Source: Eledone cirrhosa
Lineage: Eukaryota
Length of the DNA: 64,000 bases
Assembly: GCA_964016885.1 (NCBI GenBank)
Contig: OZ024750.1
Location: 1,426,001 to 1,490,000, forward strand
Reading direction: 5' to 3'
Shown here: piece by piece, positions 1 to 14,101 of the stretch
How the letters are laid out: every line of letters begins with the position of its first letter
How positions within the stretch are numbered: position 1 is the stretch's first letter
The notes under the pieces: generated by a model
Seen by the model: the letters and a program-made list of their open reading frames with translations, nothing else
The model's database searches: none
Told to the model about the DNA's origin: nothing
Made by a program: the position numbers and the translations under genes

Positions 1-21
1 CAAACTGTTGTAATACACATA

Positions 22-294
22 TTGAATTACGAAAGCTTGCGGGAAGTTATTCACCTGATCAATGACATGTTAATTTTAAGAGACCAACAATCCGGATTTC
101 GTGATAAGAGATCATGCACTGATATATTTGCATTGCAACGTATTATTGAAAGCACATTCGAATACAAATTAACGGCAGCTATTAACTTTGTCGACTTCCA
201 GAAGCCTTTTTACAAAGTGAAATGTTACATGGAAAATTGTCAGATATTACGTAACAATGGAAACTTTAAACAATATAATGAAGACAAGGAATGA
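22..294 (+). mobile_element. Degenerate non-LTR retrotransposon reverse transcriptase fragment (RTE-like)
   Basis: Translation LRDQQSGFRDKRSCTDIFALQRIIE...INFVDFQKPF matches the LINE RT motifs QxGFRxxRSxxD...FxDFxKAFD; the frame decays afterwards. Confidence 0.8.
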
Positions 295-390
295 ATTGCG
301 CAACGTTCCTTCTGCATCGAGCACTTTGGTGAGTAATGGCCTCACTGATATTCAGCGCCTCCATTCTGATATATATTAATATATATATGC

Positions 391-475
391 TTCGGCGGAA
401 GCAGGGGATGCGTGGTTCTGATGATCGCTAACCAGCCTGAAACAGACTGTTAGCTTCTCTCCCGTCTTTCGCCGA
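391..475 (+). ncRNA. Minimal type I hammerhead ribozyme-like motif inside an outer hairpin
   Basis: ggtt-CTGATGA(418-424)-tcgct aacc agcct-GAAA(439-442)-cag a ctg-TT-agct; flanks ttcggcggaag / ctttcgccgaa pair. Confidence 0.55.
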
Positions 476-477
476 AA

Positions 478-580
478 AGAAGTAAGTGACATAGTCAATA
501 CTTTAAAACCGATAGCGTAAGGTCTTCTCAATGTTGTTAATCAAACATACGGTATATTGCCAAATATACTATACATACAT
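478..580 (+). repeat. Dispersed repeat end, second copy at ~7989-8091
   Basis: gtaagtgacatagtca..actttaaaacc..atagcgta..aaacatacggtatattgccaaatatactatacatacat occurs at both loci; the second copy runs directly into (TA)n. Confidence 0.85.
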
Positions 581-615
581 TCATATATACATCGCTATTT
601 CAGAGCACCAATCTT

Positions 616-649
<34 letters not shown>

Positions 650-700
650 GTAGACCATATTTGGCACCACCCCACAATTCAGAAATGCTTCCACCACCCT

Positions 701-763
<63 letters not shown>

Positions 764-825
764 AATTAATATCTAGTAACATATATAGAGTCCTCGCTTT
801 GCCTGGATACTTAGCTGAGAATAGT

Positions 826-905
826 CTTCCCTGACGACGAAATGATTCTCCATACTTTCTTCGGAAAGTATATTTATTCCATTTCAGAAACTAATTAGTT
901 GGAAG
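826..905 (+). ncRNA. Type I hammerhead ribozyme, copy 1
   Basis: Stem I cttcc/ggaag; CTGACGA 831-837; extended stem II (gaaatg/catttc plus atactttc-TTCG-gaaagtat, a cUUCGg tetraloop); GAAA 887-890; palindromic stem III CTAATTAG; GUU cleavage triplet ending at 900. Confidence 0.85.
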
Positions 906-1316
906 TGAAATTTTAGTAAGTAAGTTAATTTTATAATTTTCTTATTTTACGTCTCTCATGCATTGAACCACAAAGCTACTAAGACAAAACCTATATATTT
1001 GCTAGCATTGATATGCATCTGTATGTATATATGTTACTAGATATTAATTCTTTATAATTATCTCCAAATTATTTGTCGAGCAATATTGGCCTGAACTGCT
1101 GCTATGGTAGCAGGCAGACCACTGTCTTATTAGCAAACCACTTTCCACTGATTGACCTCGATGTCACGTGATTAATTCTTTTTGAATTTGCCACCGACAC
1201 AGAGGCAGTGATTTTCTCAATGGCTAGGAATTCAGTCCACGCTTTGCTATCCACTGAATATTTTTATATAATTTTCCAGAGTCCTCGCTTTGCCTGGATA
1301 CTTAGCTGAGAATAGT

Positions 1317-1396
1317 CTTCCCTGACGACGAAATGATTCTCTATACTTTCTTCGGAAAGTATATTTATTCCATTTCAGAAACTAATTAGTTGGAAG
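1317..1396 (+). ncRNA. Type I hammerhead ribozyme, copy 2
   Basis: Same architecture offset by 491 bp; CTGACGA 1322-1328; predicted cleavage after 1391. Confidence 0.85.
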
Positions 1397-1442
1397 TGAA
1401 ATTTTACTAAGTAAGTTAATTTTATAATTTTCTTATTTTACG

Positions 1443-1531
<89 letters not shown>

Positions 1532-1569
1532 ATGTGTGTTTGTGTGTATATTTTTGTGTGTGTCAGTAT

Positions 1570-2620
1570 CAGTGTGTTAGCTGTAATCTATGCAGATAAC
1601 ATTAATTCAGACTCCCTGTAGTTTAGAGGTGTTCTTTCTTGTCGGTTATCTCTGCCAGTAACATGGCGTGACCAGTTCTGTATGTGTGTAAATCATCTGT
1701 TTATATTTTGATATTATTGAAACCATCTTTTCGCTGGTTAATCATGCACGTACAAGTCCCCATCACGACATTATTTTACAGTACAGACAACATTAGGTAG
1801 AGTAACATTAATTGATAGTAATTTACCTATGTAGAAAATCCAAAAATAAATGGAGCTTTATCGTTGATAATGTAATAATTCTGCAATATATTCAGATACT
1901 TTTCATTTTTGACGAAATCATTAAAAGATTGTTGTCTTATAATCATCAATTAATTTATATTCATTGACTAGAAATAATTATAATGTGGAAGACTTAGATA
2001 TAATTTGAATATGTGATGTCCTGACATTACTGAGAATATGTTGGATAATTTACATGAATATATTTGTCTCCTGAAGTTATAAATGTTTAGATGACACTTT
2101 AGCGAATCTTCAAAGATCAGAGGCAGCAGCCGTTAAATTACTTATCTTTTACAATCAATATATTTTTGCAGTACTTGAATTTATTTGAAAATGAAATGTT
2201 TCAAATATCTTACATTTTCTGATTATCGATACGAATATTTTTATAAAATTATTTCTAGTAGGTTTATGAATATAAATTATCCAGTTCGTCTTGTTGATTT
2301 GCTACATATATTATCAGACTTGTTTAATTGAGACCAGTGTTCTGATGGATAAATCAGTAGCGGTTGGCAACGAAGCCAACAATCTGTTATATTCAATGAA
2401 ACATATTCTATTATTCTTACCATCTGAAGCATATGATAACTACTGCAGCACATTATTAGCCTTAGCATCTAAATGTATTCGCTTCCATTAAAATATTCAT
2501 ACCACTGCCAAAGAGACTGCTGGCCTTCTTTGTCATTTTCCTCTCTTTTTTTTTGTTCAAATCTCACTGATCAATGAGATGATGCTTCGCTTAGATAAGA
2601 GCTTGCATTTTTATTTTGTG
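1570..2620 (-). pseudogene. Decayed protocadherin-like ectodomain remnant A (~EC1-EC3)
   Basis: Collinear minus-strand fragments: SQLNKSDNIC, NFIKIFVSII, EYKLI, INDKAPF (1848-1868, DxNDNxPxF-like), RDGD; many stops and frameshifts. Confidence 0.5.
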
Positions 2621-3340
2621 TTTCTCAGCCAATTATGTTTAGATGATATCATTTTATAATGTTACATGATTATTGCGGAAATAGCTTCACTTGGCTTTAA
2701 GTGAATTTAGTTTGAGAGACATAGTTTTGTGGTTAAAAAGTTCGGTTAGTAATCACGTGATCCTGGCTTGGAAACAACTCTCTTCTACCATAGCTTCGGG
2801 TTGACTTCTTGACTTGTGAATTAAACTTGATTGGGACAAATTTGCAGAAACCTATATATAAGTACGTATTTTGTTTTTAGTTTGATTTGTTACTACGTGC
2901 TGTGTCCTTAAGCAATACCCTTTATTCCACGTTGCTCCTAATCGATTTGTGTCTGTGACGTGAATAAACATCCATGTCATATACATTGATATATTGGATT
3001 TCCATGAGAATTATGTTAAAGGGACATGTGTCTATAAAATTCTCAGCTACTTGCACGTTAATTCCATGGTGATCAGGCCGAGGAACAAGATGAACACTCA
3101 TCCTCATGACCGACGGAGGCCCAACAACAATATATACTCATACACATGTGTGTATATTGTGTTTGTCTTTACTCGCCAGTAGCTAGAACTTTACACTTTA
3201 CTCATACAAGTATAGGATCCGATCCTGTCTTGCGAATCGAAACCCGTGTATTAAAATAACATTAGTAGGCGGCTAAAAAAGCAAGTATTGTTCTCCGTGT
3301 TGCTCACGTATATTTTACCTCCTGTCTGTTTTCACGCGCG

Positions 3341-3371
<31 letters not shown>

Positions 3372-3703
3372 GTGTGTGTGTATTATGGCGACGTAGTGAG
3401 TTTTGTCTGATGATCACGTGAGTCCGCAAATAATACTCCAGAGTAACAAGAGCCACTATTTAGCTTTAATAAACGTAATGAGTATTTTTGCTCTCGTAAT
3501 TAAACTACAAATGAACCCCCCCCATATATATATATATATATATTATGTACGCGTATATGTATGTCTAACTTCAATGTTTGCGTGTCTGTATATTTATGAG
3601 ATCAAATTCATTTATCTGTGCGTAAGGAAATTCTAAATACACGCTGGGTGATTTATGTAATGTGCAAATATATTTAATGATTCAAAATATATAATATTCA
3701 ATA

Positions 3704-3891
3704 ATTGTTTCTACTTCAGGTACAAGGCCAGAAATTTCTCAGTACATTACTGGTACTTTATTTTATCGACCCCGTAAGGATGAAAGGCAAAGTCAACCTC
3801 GGCGGGATTTGAACTCAGATCGTAAAGGGACGTAACTATGCTGGAAAGCATGGCGTCCGACCCTCTACCGATACTGCCAATCCATCGCCCT
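3704..3891 (-). mobile_element. Octopus-type tRNA-derived SINE, full length
   Basis: Reverse complement of the 63033 copy with A box (TGGCAGTATCGG) and B box (GTTCAAATCC); ~18-bp TSD tatataatattcaataat (3688-3705 / 3891-3908). Confidence 0.9.
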
Positions 3892-5556
3892 ATATAATAT
3901 TCAATAATGAAACGACATATATTGATTTCTCATTTTCGACAGTTATATTAAACTCACTTTTTCATTTCATTAAAAATATATGATCTGCGTGTGCTGAGGA
4001 TATGTTTGTTATATCTTATGTGGTGATGTGGCGTGATGCTCCCGTCTGATGAGTATTTAGTTGTCTGAACTACCTGAATTACCTCGTATGTATTTGAGTA
4101 TACTACAGATACAGTTACCCTTAATATATTCACCAAGCCGAACAAACACGTGACAATAGCGAACCTTTGAATTACATGTAGAATCCACCCGATGTGCTTT
4201 TATAGCAATCTCCCTCTACCCAATCTCACTTGGTTCGATCCAAGTCTATGATAAAGATATTTCTAGAAGATTCCAGACCGTAGGACCGAATGATTATAAA
4301 ATGAAATTCTTAATCATTTAGCCATGCCTGATATAATACTATATTAAAACGACACCACCTCAGCAGATGGAATACATATTTCAGTGGAACATATTTCTAT
4401 TTAAATCTATTAGTGTTATTCTGCCAACGGGAAACAACGATAACATTTTAATGAAGTCTATAAACGTCAAATAAAGTGGCATATTGATAGAGTTGTTAGA
4501 ATGTGGAATGGATTCATTAGCGGTATACGTTCCGGTCATTAGCGCTCTGATATTAAATCACATCAATGTCATTAAATAAGGTAATATTCTACTCATATTT
4601 TAAAAGCCTCAACATACGAATGTAGAGTGATTAAATATGTTTACTTCCTCGAGATTTCAGAAGTGGTTTTGTTTAAAATTACATACTTCTTGATAGAAAT
4701 TTGTATATAATATCACTACATAGAAGCATATCTTAAACTAGACAACAAATATTGTAATGCACCCCAGGTAAATTGTCGCTCAAATCGATGATCTTTCAGG
4801 TACACATTAAACCCGCTCAAACCACATAAATAAAATATCGAATATTTTGAAATTTTATGCTTGAGCACAATTGCAAAATATATCGAGGACAGTCAACGGA
4901 TTGCGGCACTAATTGCATAGATATAAAATATCATTAATTATGGACAAGAATAATTAAACTTCACAACTACACCGTTTATTAGCTCGAACATGTCTCTTCT
5001 CTGGGAAGAATGCATATTATTTGAACGAATATATCCATAGAAATTTCAAATCATATTCGTCTTGTGGTTTGGTGTATATTATATTTACAACACTCTGCCA
5101 AGGGCGGTGTTTATATATGACTTCTCTCTTTCTATCTAGCTCTCTCTCTTTCTACCTAGCTCTCTCTCTTTCTATCTAGCTCTCTCTCTTTCTCTAGAAA
5201 CTCTTACACACACACATAATATAAATATAATATATTGGATCGTCAAGTATGAAATATGTAGAAATGTGTAGAAAAAGCACAGATATCTACAAATTTCATA
5301 CTTGACCCAATATATTATATACATGAATTTCGATGAAGGTCTATATATTGATAATGGATTCACAGGCAACAAACATTTAGAAAAAAATGGGGAATATTCT
5401 ATGAAATAAGAAATGCCCTCCAGAAGGAATATGTTTTCATTTTCTTCTAATATAAACAAGTTTTTGTTGAATTAGAAATGTTTATATTCAAAGGGCTTTT
5501 CATTATATATACACACACACATATCAATATATACATGTACGTTTATATGTACACAC

Positions 5557-5612
<56 letters not shown>

Positions 5613-5714
5613 ATATATATATATATAAAAATAAATGTACGTATATGTATATATATATATACATGTCTACATATATATTTATATATAATTATATATGTAA
5701 ATATATATGTATTT

Positions 5715-5751
<37 letters not shown>

Positions 5752-6102
5752 CACTGTGGACTCGTACAATAAACCTGAAACACAGTCATGTTTTCAACAC
5801 GTTTAAAAGAAACGTATGAGCGTAGAGACAATTATATACGCACATACATAGATTTACATACACACATATATCATTTTTGAGGTTGTTTTAAAAATCGTAT
5901 TTAACAAGGCATCGTCATTGTGAGTTTGTCACGTATCTATGGCATCCTCACACGGAAGCCTCTATACAATTGTTTAACAAGATTGTAAACATTTCTATTT
6001 CTATACTACAACAGATGATGACTTATTTCTACATATATAGTTAGATAGATAGCAGTTTGCATACATATACGTATTAACACATAATTATACACACACACAC
6101 AT

Positions 6103-6139
<37 letters not shown>

Positions 6140-8082
6140 GGGTCGATAAAATAGTCGAATACTATAATCAACTCCAAACTGCTGGCATTGTGTATTTTAT
6201 TGAAACAATTTCTCGGTGATAAACAAACTTCTTTCTCTTTATTAATTTCATCATTCCTTATCCATTTCTATACATTGTACGATGAAAAGAGCAACTATAT
6301 TCATTTCAACATTGGTTATGGATACGAATAGTCAGTGAAAAAAAGAATGTATTTCACGTGAGTTAACTTGTAATTTTCTCCTGGATTCTATCTCAGATGG
6401 CGATGTGTGATAGTTGATGACATGTGTCTCTGTTATTTGACCTCTGTAAAGAAGCAGAGTAATTCCAAGCTTGATTTGATCAACTTGCTACAAAGAGCTT
6501 TGGCGAGTATATTTTACACACTTTCAAAATGTGAACTAAAAAAAATAATTGAATTCAGTTAATGACGTAAATTTAGATAATTCCGTTACGATGCCAAGTA
6601 CAGAATAACGCGAGAAAGAGGATTGTAATGAATTAAAATGTTTTTCTTGTATGGAGAACAGTAGTAAAATCCCACTTAAATTATCGGTGAAGCTACTTTG
6701 ATTTGCTTTCGAACGCCATTCTCTAAAACCCCTCCTACATGAATTATCTAAATGTATGCCATTGACTTATTTCAGTTAGAGCTCTTAACTGGAGTTTTAT
6801 AATAATGGAAAATATACAGAGCAAATTCTTTCTGCTTGTAAAACTACAGGTGTCTTGATTAAAGCCACCTTGAGGAAATTAATTTTTACTGAAACTTACC
6901 CGAAAACAAAGATCATGTTCCCCCACGAACGAAGAAAATTAAAATCATCTTTGGAACTAATTCTTAATTTCTTGAAATTATTTGCCTTTTCCGTTTGAAA
7001 AATGCTAAAATTTGCCGTCAGGGTTTGGTTGTCTCTCTCCATTTAAGATTTAAAGTTCAATTCAAGAATTCTTTGAATATGTCATAGAGTTCATCACCTT
7101 TTTATTCAATCGTGCTTTCGTCTATCTAAGTATTTATCTTTCACCACACACACACAAACCCTCTGACCCCCCCCCCCATATATATATATATATATATATA
7201 TATACTATTACACCCATGTCTCAAACTGTGCAAAAGAAGTTTCAGAAGAACATAAAACACGATACTCTCAGCCCTCATGCGTATATATATATACGCATAC
7301 ACAAACACACACACATGTATATATATATACACACACACACATATAATACACTTAGTTCTTTGAATTTACTCATGTTTCTGCTTCTCCTGAGTAGGTTCCT
7401 GATGATTAATCCTGTTAAAATTATTTTAAATTATATTTTCATTCCTGCCATTTTTAATATCTAATTCAATAATAAAATATAATTAAAATGTGAGCAACTG
7501 CGTAGTTAAAAGAAGCATTTTCAAATATCAATTTTTCTCTTATCAAATACAGATGGCCTTCGAAAAAATATATTGCTCTTTCAAACTTTGTAGTCTATTT
7601 AAACCACTTGAAAAATGTTTCATCACACTGCGACTGACAAATATTACAGTGGAACGAATAATATAGAATTTCTGGATAGTCTCCATGTAATCAAAGAGAT
7701 GTTATACGGCCTGTTTCTCATAAAATATTATTTAAGGGCATAAAATCCTTTCTGAGCCAAGAATATATTTTGAGAATGAGCCAAGGAAGAAGCATTCACT
7801 AAGACGTTCAATGTGTAAGACGTTGTTAGCAGCTAAATCACTCTAAATCATGCTCTACTGTTTTAAAAAACGTAAAGAGGTATTGGATAATATATTATAA
7901 AACTTCATGGTTCCTAACTAGGATGTTTTTGAGGGCTTGTTTTGCAGAATTTCGGTTGACATGTGACAAAATGCAAAACAAAACAAAAAGAGGTAAGTGA
8001 CATAGTCACTACTTTAAAACCAATAGCGTATGGTCTTCAACATGTTTTTAATTAAACATACGGTATATTGCCAAATATACTA

Positions 8083-8155
<73 letters not shown>

Positions 8156-10667
8156 AGTAACACTCACAAATACACACAAGCGCACAACTTATGTATGTAT
8201 GCATGTATGTGTGTATGTATATGTGTATGTATGCTTGTAAACGTAACTGAAAAACAATATAAATCCCAGGGAAATATTGCTTTCTCCTACAATTAAATTA
8301 CCCATGAGACTACAAAGTGAAAGCACTCAATGTGCCGCACAATAGCGAAAACAACAATGAAAGGAATTGGCAGCTGTCACACGGGAACATATAGTTTGAT
8401 ATTCACATCATTTGGTAAGGAAAAGAAAAAATGAAGTCTTTGTAAATGTTAATCTTTGACCAACAGATCTTTCGAGAGAATTTTGCAATACGCTTTTCAA
8501 TTACCAGAGAGGATTTGTGTCATTCAAATTTTACTACACAATTGCTTTTTAAGTGTGAAGCCTATATGCATTTAATGAGAGAAAAAAACATACACGTGAC
8601 AGGGGAGATAAAGATAGAAGTAAATTTAGATATATATATAGTGAGAGAGGGAAACGTTTAGAAAAGATGAGTGAGGGGAGAGAGGAGTGAGAAACACATA
8701 AATGTTGCATAATGACAGTTTCTCAGATTAAGAAAGAAAGCACTGATTTATGACATCCATTACAGATGTGATAGCTATGCAGTTATGAACGGATTTTATT
8801 TTTCTAGAGAAAAAAAATCCACTTAAAGAAACCCAGGCAGGTTTACAGCGATGTTTCCTTCAATTCATGTGTGGTATAAAATACAAATACACTAAACATG
8901 CAATGACAAATATTTCACATTAGAGATTTTATAATTTAATTTCAAGGCACCATGCCATATCACATTTTATCAGCACATAAATGGCTCTGATCATAATTAT
9001 GTAAAGAACGTTTTCCCCCCAGATATTTAATAGTTTTTTAGTGTAATAATTAAGTTGTGTGAAGCAACTCCATTCGTGACTGGTACTAATTTGTCGACTT
9101 CAGCCGGAGAGCAATGCCAACTCCAACAGGATTTAAACTAAAGGCGTACAAAGATGGAAATTAATATCATTATTTCCTGTAATAACATGTTCACATGACA
9201 TAGCCATGTTACTATTCTATACATTATTCACTACTAATTTTCATATGTGTGGAATATAGAAGACGCAAAGTCAGTAGTGTGACTCTCATAATACTATTTG
9301 TATTTGGTTTACCAATGTTTTAGAGATGAAAACCAATATCAACCAGAATTGCTTTGAACCAATACGATATTACATCTCTATTTTTATTGCTATTACTTGA
9401 TCCAATGCAATAGTAATTTAAAATGCAACTGAATAGCAGAAACAGAAATGCTACCCAATGGAATATTTGTTATATACTTTTGTTCAAACCTTATAATTCT
9501 GTTTAAAGTTCACAAAATCAATAATATAAGTAAGATATAGGTATTTGGTCAAGAAGTGAGTTTCAAAATTACAATGATTTGATTAGGATTTCACTGCATG
9601 ATAAATTATGAAAGTGACATCTATCATGGATTCAGGCGGACTACATTCATCTGAGGAATATCTAATAGATGAACATTTTTTTGAAAAGCTTTGTTGTTAA
9701 TGCATTCGGTCGTATAACATTGGAACTAAGCCCTTATGCGGCCTTTTGTGGAATTCACTCAGTTTCAAGTATTCCTGTCTGACCGTCACATGAGGATAAT
9801 TTATTTCTTGATACAAATCCCCTTGAAACAAATATCATGGATTTTCTTCCCTTCCTCACGCGGAACGTCACGAAAAATAATATTTTCGGATTTTAATTCA
9901 TTCAAATATTAATCTCCTCTCAAATCGGATCACTTTGCCGTAATATGAGAAAGAAGTATTGTTTCCTAAAGCGGGAAATCAATCGATAGACTCCAGGGTC
10001 TGTGACACATACCCCAGACTTGTATAGCTGATTAACACATTTTCCTGGGATATAATTGAAATCAATATACTAATTCTCTTTGAATTACGTTGTTTTTAAA
10101 TGTTTATAGACATCATCAGTTCAAGTTGGCCCTTGAGTGTCAAACAATGTCAGTGGTGCCCCCCCTCTCTCTCTCAAGCCATAAAAAAAAAACAACTGTA
10201 GGCTGTCAAACATAATCTCTTTCTTTGTTTCACATTTAATTTTAACGACTTGGTTGAAAAAGCAAAAAAGAGAAACGGCAATAAATTTTACAACAGTCTT
10301 TCAAATTTTCTGAGTAGTAGCGAAATACTTTCAATCGCTTTAATTTGTCTCGCCTTTGGAGAGTCGCCTTTAATAATCGGTGTTTACTTGTCATATGCAG
10401 AATAACAAAATATGCATTCATCATATTTTCTGCTCTTAATATATTCTAGTCTTATTCGATTTTAACGTTGGAGTGACAGATTAATGTTCCGCCTTAATCT
10501 CTGATATATCGACATATTTCAAACAGTACACATGGTGTTGTTTATTTCTATACACGTGTAATATTACACATTCTGGATTTGTTAAATTATTATTGGTTTT
10601 TGTTTGTTCTATTTGTAAAATCTTAAAATCTCAAAGTTTAAACATAGCCCAATTTTGTATATTAATA

Positions 10668-10804
10668 ACTGTTTCTATTTTAGGCACAATGCCAGCAATT
10701 ACCCAGTACATTACTGGTACTTTATTTTATCGACCCCGTAAGGATGAAAGGCAAAGTCAACCTCGGCGGGATTTGAACTCAGATCGTAAAGGGACGTAAC
10801 TATG
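10668..10804 (-). mobile_element. SINE, 5'-truncated
   Basis: Near-identical to the 3' two-thirds of the other SINE copies; flanking tatattaataac duplication. Confidence 0.9.
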
Positions 10805-11379
10805 TTTTTATATTAATAACGTTGCCCCAAATATTACTTATAAAGAAAGTATCAGGAACACTAGAGTGTAAATCTCATATGGGAAAACTACGACCCCTAA
10901 AAGTGGGAAGTACAAAATAGAAGAGTAATCATGCACAGAGCGTATGCACATGCACACATACAACTCAAAACATACATCCACACATACAATAACATCCATA
11001 CCTGCACACACATGCATGCAGACATGCATACATATCTACCTAGTTGATGTTGCGTAAATTCCAATGAGAGAGTCTTGTAACTATGTTAGAAACCGACTCT
11101 CTCTCTATTGGCAAAAATGTGTGAAATTACAAAACCAGAAGAACATACATATATAGTGTGAATATAATAATAATTATCTATAAAATAGGAACAATTGGAT
11201 AAAATACTGAATGGAATTGTACAATGGATATTTGAAGTAATCTCAACGCAACAAATCAAGAATTTCAAACCAACAAAACATTGCAAATTATATTCTCTAT
11301 TAAATAGCTATTCACAAACATATAAATTGAAAATCTGGAGAATAGTAGACATAGTAAATAGACTGGTCTGAGAATATTT

Positions 11380-12700
11380 ATTTAATAGAAACAAATGGTT
11401 ATATTTTGCCTTTTGTCGTAAAATTGCAAGATAATGGCGGAATAACATTTTGAAAAGCTGTTTATTATGATGAAACAACCTACGTTATAAGATATATCTA
11501 TAACAACATCAACATAGGAAGTACGCATTTTGTGTTCACTTCGAGCACTGATCATCAAGTGTCGTTTTATTATGAGGAAATCAATCATCGTCAATTCTTG
11601 CTGTCACTGTCCAGTCCAAGACATTCCTGGTTATACAGACTTCCCTGCGGTCACCGTTCCATTTTCGTTTTACAACACACTATATCATTGAATATATGAT
11701 GTCCTACAGTTTGGGAAACGGCAGAATGTGATTAAGGGTGATTTAGTTGCTATTTAGAGAAGAACAATCAGTTATGTAAAAATAAGGATCCAGCTTGGGA
11801 ACCTTTATGTCGTATCCTGATGATAACTTAATTTTATTGGGGTTGATCTGGAGCAAAACAGTGGCTGGAAATGTATTATCTTTATTTACCAGCGGAGCGT
11901 TGAACTCAAAACCGTTGTAGACATATTTTGTATACTAGCAATAAGATACTTTGAATGATGGTATCACTGATCCTTTTTCAACGTTAGCAGCTCCTCTAAA
12001 GATGACACCCTTCACGTACTGATCGATTAAAGTAGGCAAAGACAGGATATTGATTGACAGGCATAGTAACAAGAAGAAATATTGTTGTATGTTATTGTTG
12101 AACCAGATCGGGGAAATCAATAATCAAAGGTATTCAAACATGTACATCTTATTGAATATCGTATGTCTAGGACTAAATTGTTCAACGTGTACTTCCTTCT
12201 TTAGGTTAGTTTGGCTGCTATTTCTAGAATGGCTTAGAGCTCAGCGACTTTCTCCCCTTTAAACATGACAATAGTGTTATTTTCAGTGTAGTTATTGCCA
12301 CTGTTTGATACTTTAAATAATGTAACGTCTGATGGTGACGAAATGCCAATGGCCAAGTCTAACACACTGTTCTATATCCTAATGATTACGTTTCATTTTA
12401 ACTTCGATTTGGGTGGTTAGTTGTGTTGAGTATGTGTAGCAACCCTTATGATGATGACAGGTTTCATGTATCAATAGGTGAAATTATCTGGACAAAGAGC
12501 TGTCAGCACTTCAGTTATAATATTAGAACTAAGTACTTAGGTCTTTGGGGCAACAAAGAAATACATGATATCTTGAAAGATTATTTTCGTCATTTACTTT
12601 CCTCTTATATTATTTCAGACGCAATTTATTCCTCAGGATAACATATACCATTGTCAGAGCTAATAAAATAAAACTATCAGATAGAATCGATACTTGTACA
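11380..12700 (-). pseudogene. Decayed protocadherin-like remnant B (~EC4-EC6 plus possible TM)
   Basis: Fragments ANVEKGSVIPSF, EFNAPL, ENGTVTAGKSV and VDVVIDISYNVGCFIII in the expected order; weak individually. Confidence 0.3.
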
Positions 12701-12759
12701 GTAAACTTAAAACTGAATATTGAGACTTCAAATTGTATATTTAATGTATACGCTATCCA

Positions 12760-13185
12760 TTATATATATATAATGTATATATAATATATATATATGTTTT
12801 ATATATACATAATGTATATATATAATATATATACATGTTTTATATATACATGGTTTATATATATAATGTATATATATATATATAATATATATATATATAT
12901 ATGTTTTATATATGCATGTTTTATATATATAATATATATATATATAATATATATACATGTTTTATATATATATAATATATATACATGTTTTATATATATA
13001 ATGTATATATATATAATATATATACATGTTTTATATATATAACGTATATATATAAATATATGTTTTACATATATACATTATATATACATATTTTATATAT
13101 ATATAATGTATATATATATATACATGTATTATATATATATAATAAATATACATGGTTTATATATATATGTATATATATATATATA
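12760..13185. repeat. Compound AT-rich micro/minisatellite (tatacatgtttta motif within (TA)n)
   Basis: Direct reading. Confidence 0.9.
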
Positions 13186-13961
13186 CACAAAGCCCACCAC
13201 TATTAATGTGCCTTCTCGCGTGTCTACATTTTTTGTAGATGGTAGCTTCCTATGTACATATTTGAATTTAGTGACGTGTCTATCGAAATAGTGTTTACTA
13301 TTATTGATTTGTGCGACATTGAAAACGTGTGTGTGCGTTGGTGCGCGTGTAACTATGTGTATTTCATTTGTATCTTTATAAATACACTCACACACGCAAG
13401 TCTATGCCATGGTCTTTGGTGTTTATTATTATTTTTCTTTTGTTCTAACATTTCTGTTGATGTTGCTACATTTGTGTAGGTGTGTTTGTATATATTTGAA
13501 CTTCTATTTCAGGCAAATCTGCGATATTGATATAAATTGATGGTGATCTTATTCAGACAGTCTTCAACATAAATTCTGTTTATCCAAGAATTTCGACTGT
13601 TCATGCTAAATATCATTGGAGTCCAAACTCCTCCCCTCTTTCCTTTTTCTCTTTATTACAGACAAGTATTTATTTCTCCTCGCTATTCTCAACTTTGCTA
13701 TGTCTTTCACTATTTCCTTCCCTTGCACAAATCTGTGTATCACTTTTCCTATTTCTCTCTTTTCACCTCTTCCCTTTTACTTAATTCTCCCCCCCCCACT
13801 AGGTTCACTTCTCTCTCTACCTCTCTTTCTTCCTCATAACTCGCGGGAAAATAACTAAAGTATTTATCTTTTAAACTATTTATGTTGTATTTACATCCAC
13901 ACAGATACAATCGTACACACACATACACACACATATATATGTATACGTATATATATGTATG

Positions 13962-14023
<62 letters not shown>

Positions 14024-14054
14024 AAGAATCAAAGAACTGTTCAAAACATTATTG

Positions 14055-14101
14055 TGCTTACAGCTGTTTCCTCCAAACCGAGGTTTGGATTCTTCGGAGC
14101 A
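14055..14101 (-). ncRNA. Type I hammerhead-like motif (U4C core variant)
   Basis: Minus strand tgct-CCGAAGA-a tccaaac ctcg gtttgga g-GAAA-cagctg-TA-agca; lies in a ~230-bp insert between (TA)n tracts. Confidence 0.7.

Larger units (their letters stand above)
787..1450 (+). mobile_element. Non-coding retrozyme-like / non-autonomous PLE unit: 173-bp direct repeats (787-959, 1278-1450), period 491 bp
   Basis: Two copies differ at only 2 positions seen; each holds a hammerhead; no ORF in the unit; short atatat on the left and long (AT)n on the right. Confidence 0.85.

Noticed and set aside
8446-8661. Plus-strand ITREDLC resembling cadherin IDRExLC
   Set aside because: Isolated, opposite strand to all other remnants, with no collinear motifs.
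3950-9500. Possible additional minus-strand cadherin-like remnant (e.g. NRDTCHQLSHIAI*DR near 6400)
   Set aside because: Too few motifs to support by eye; needs a profile search.
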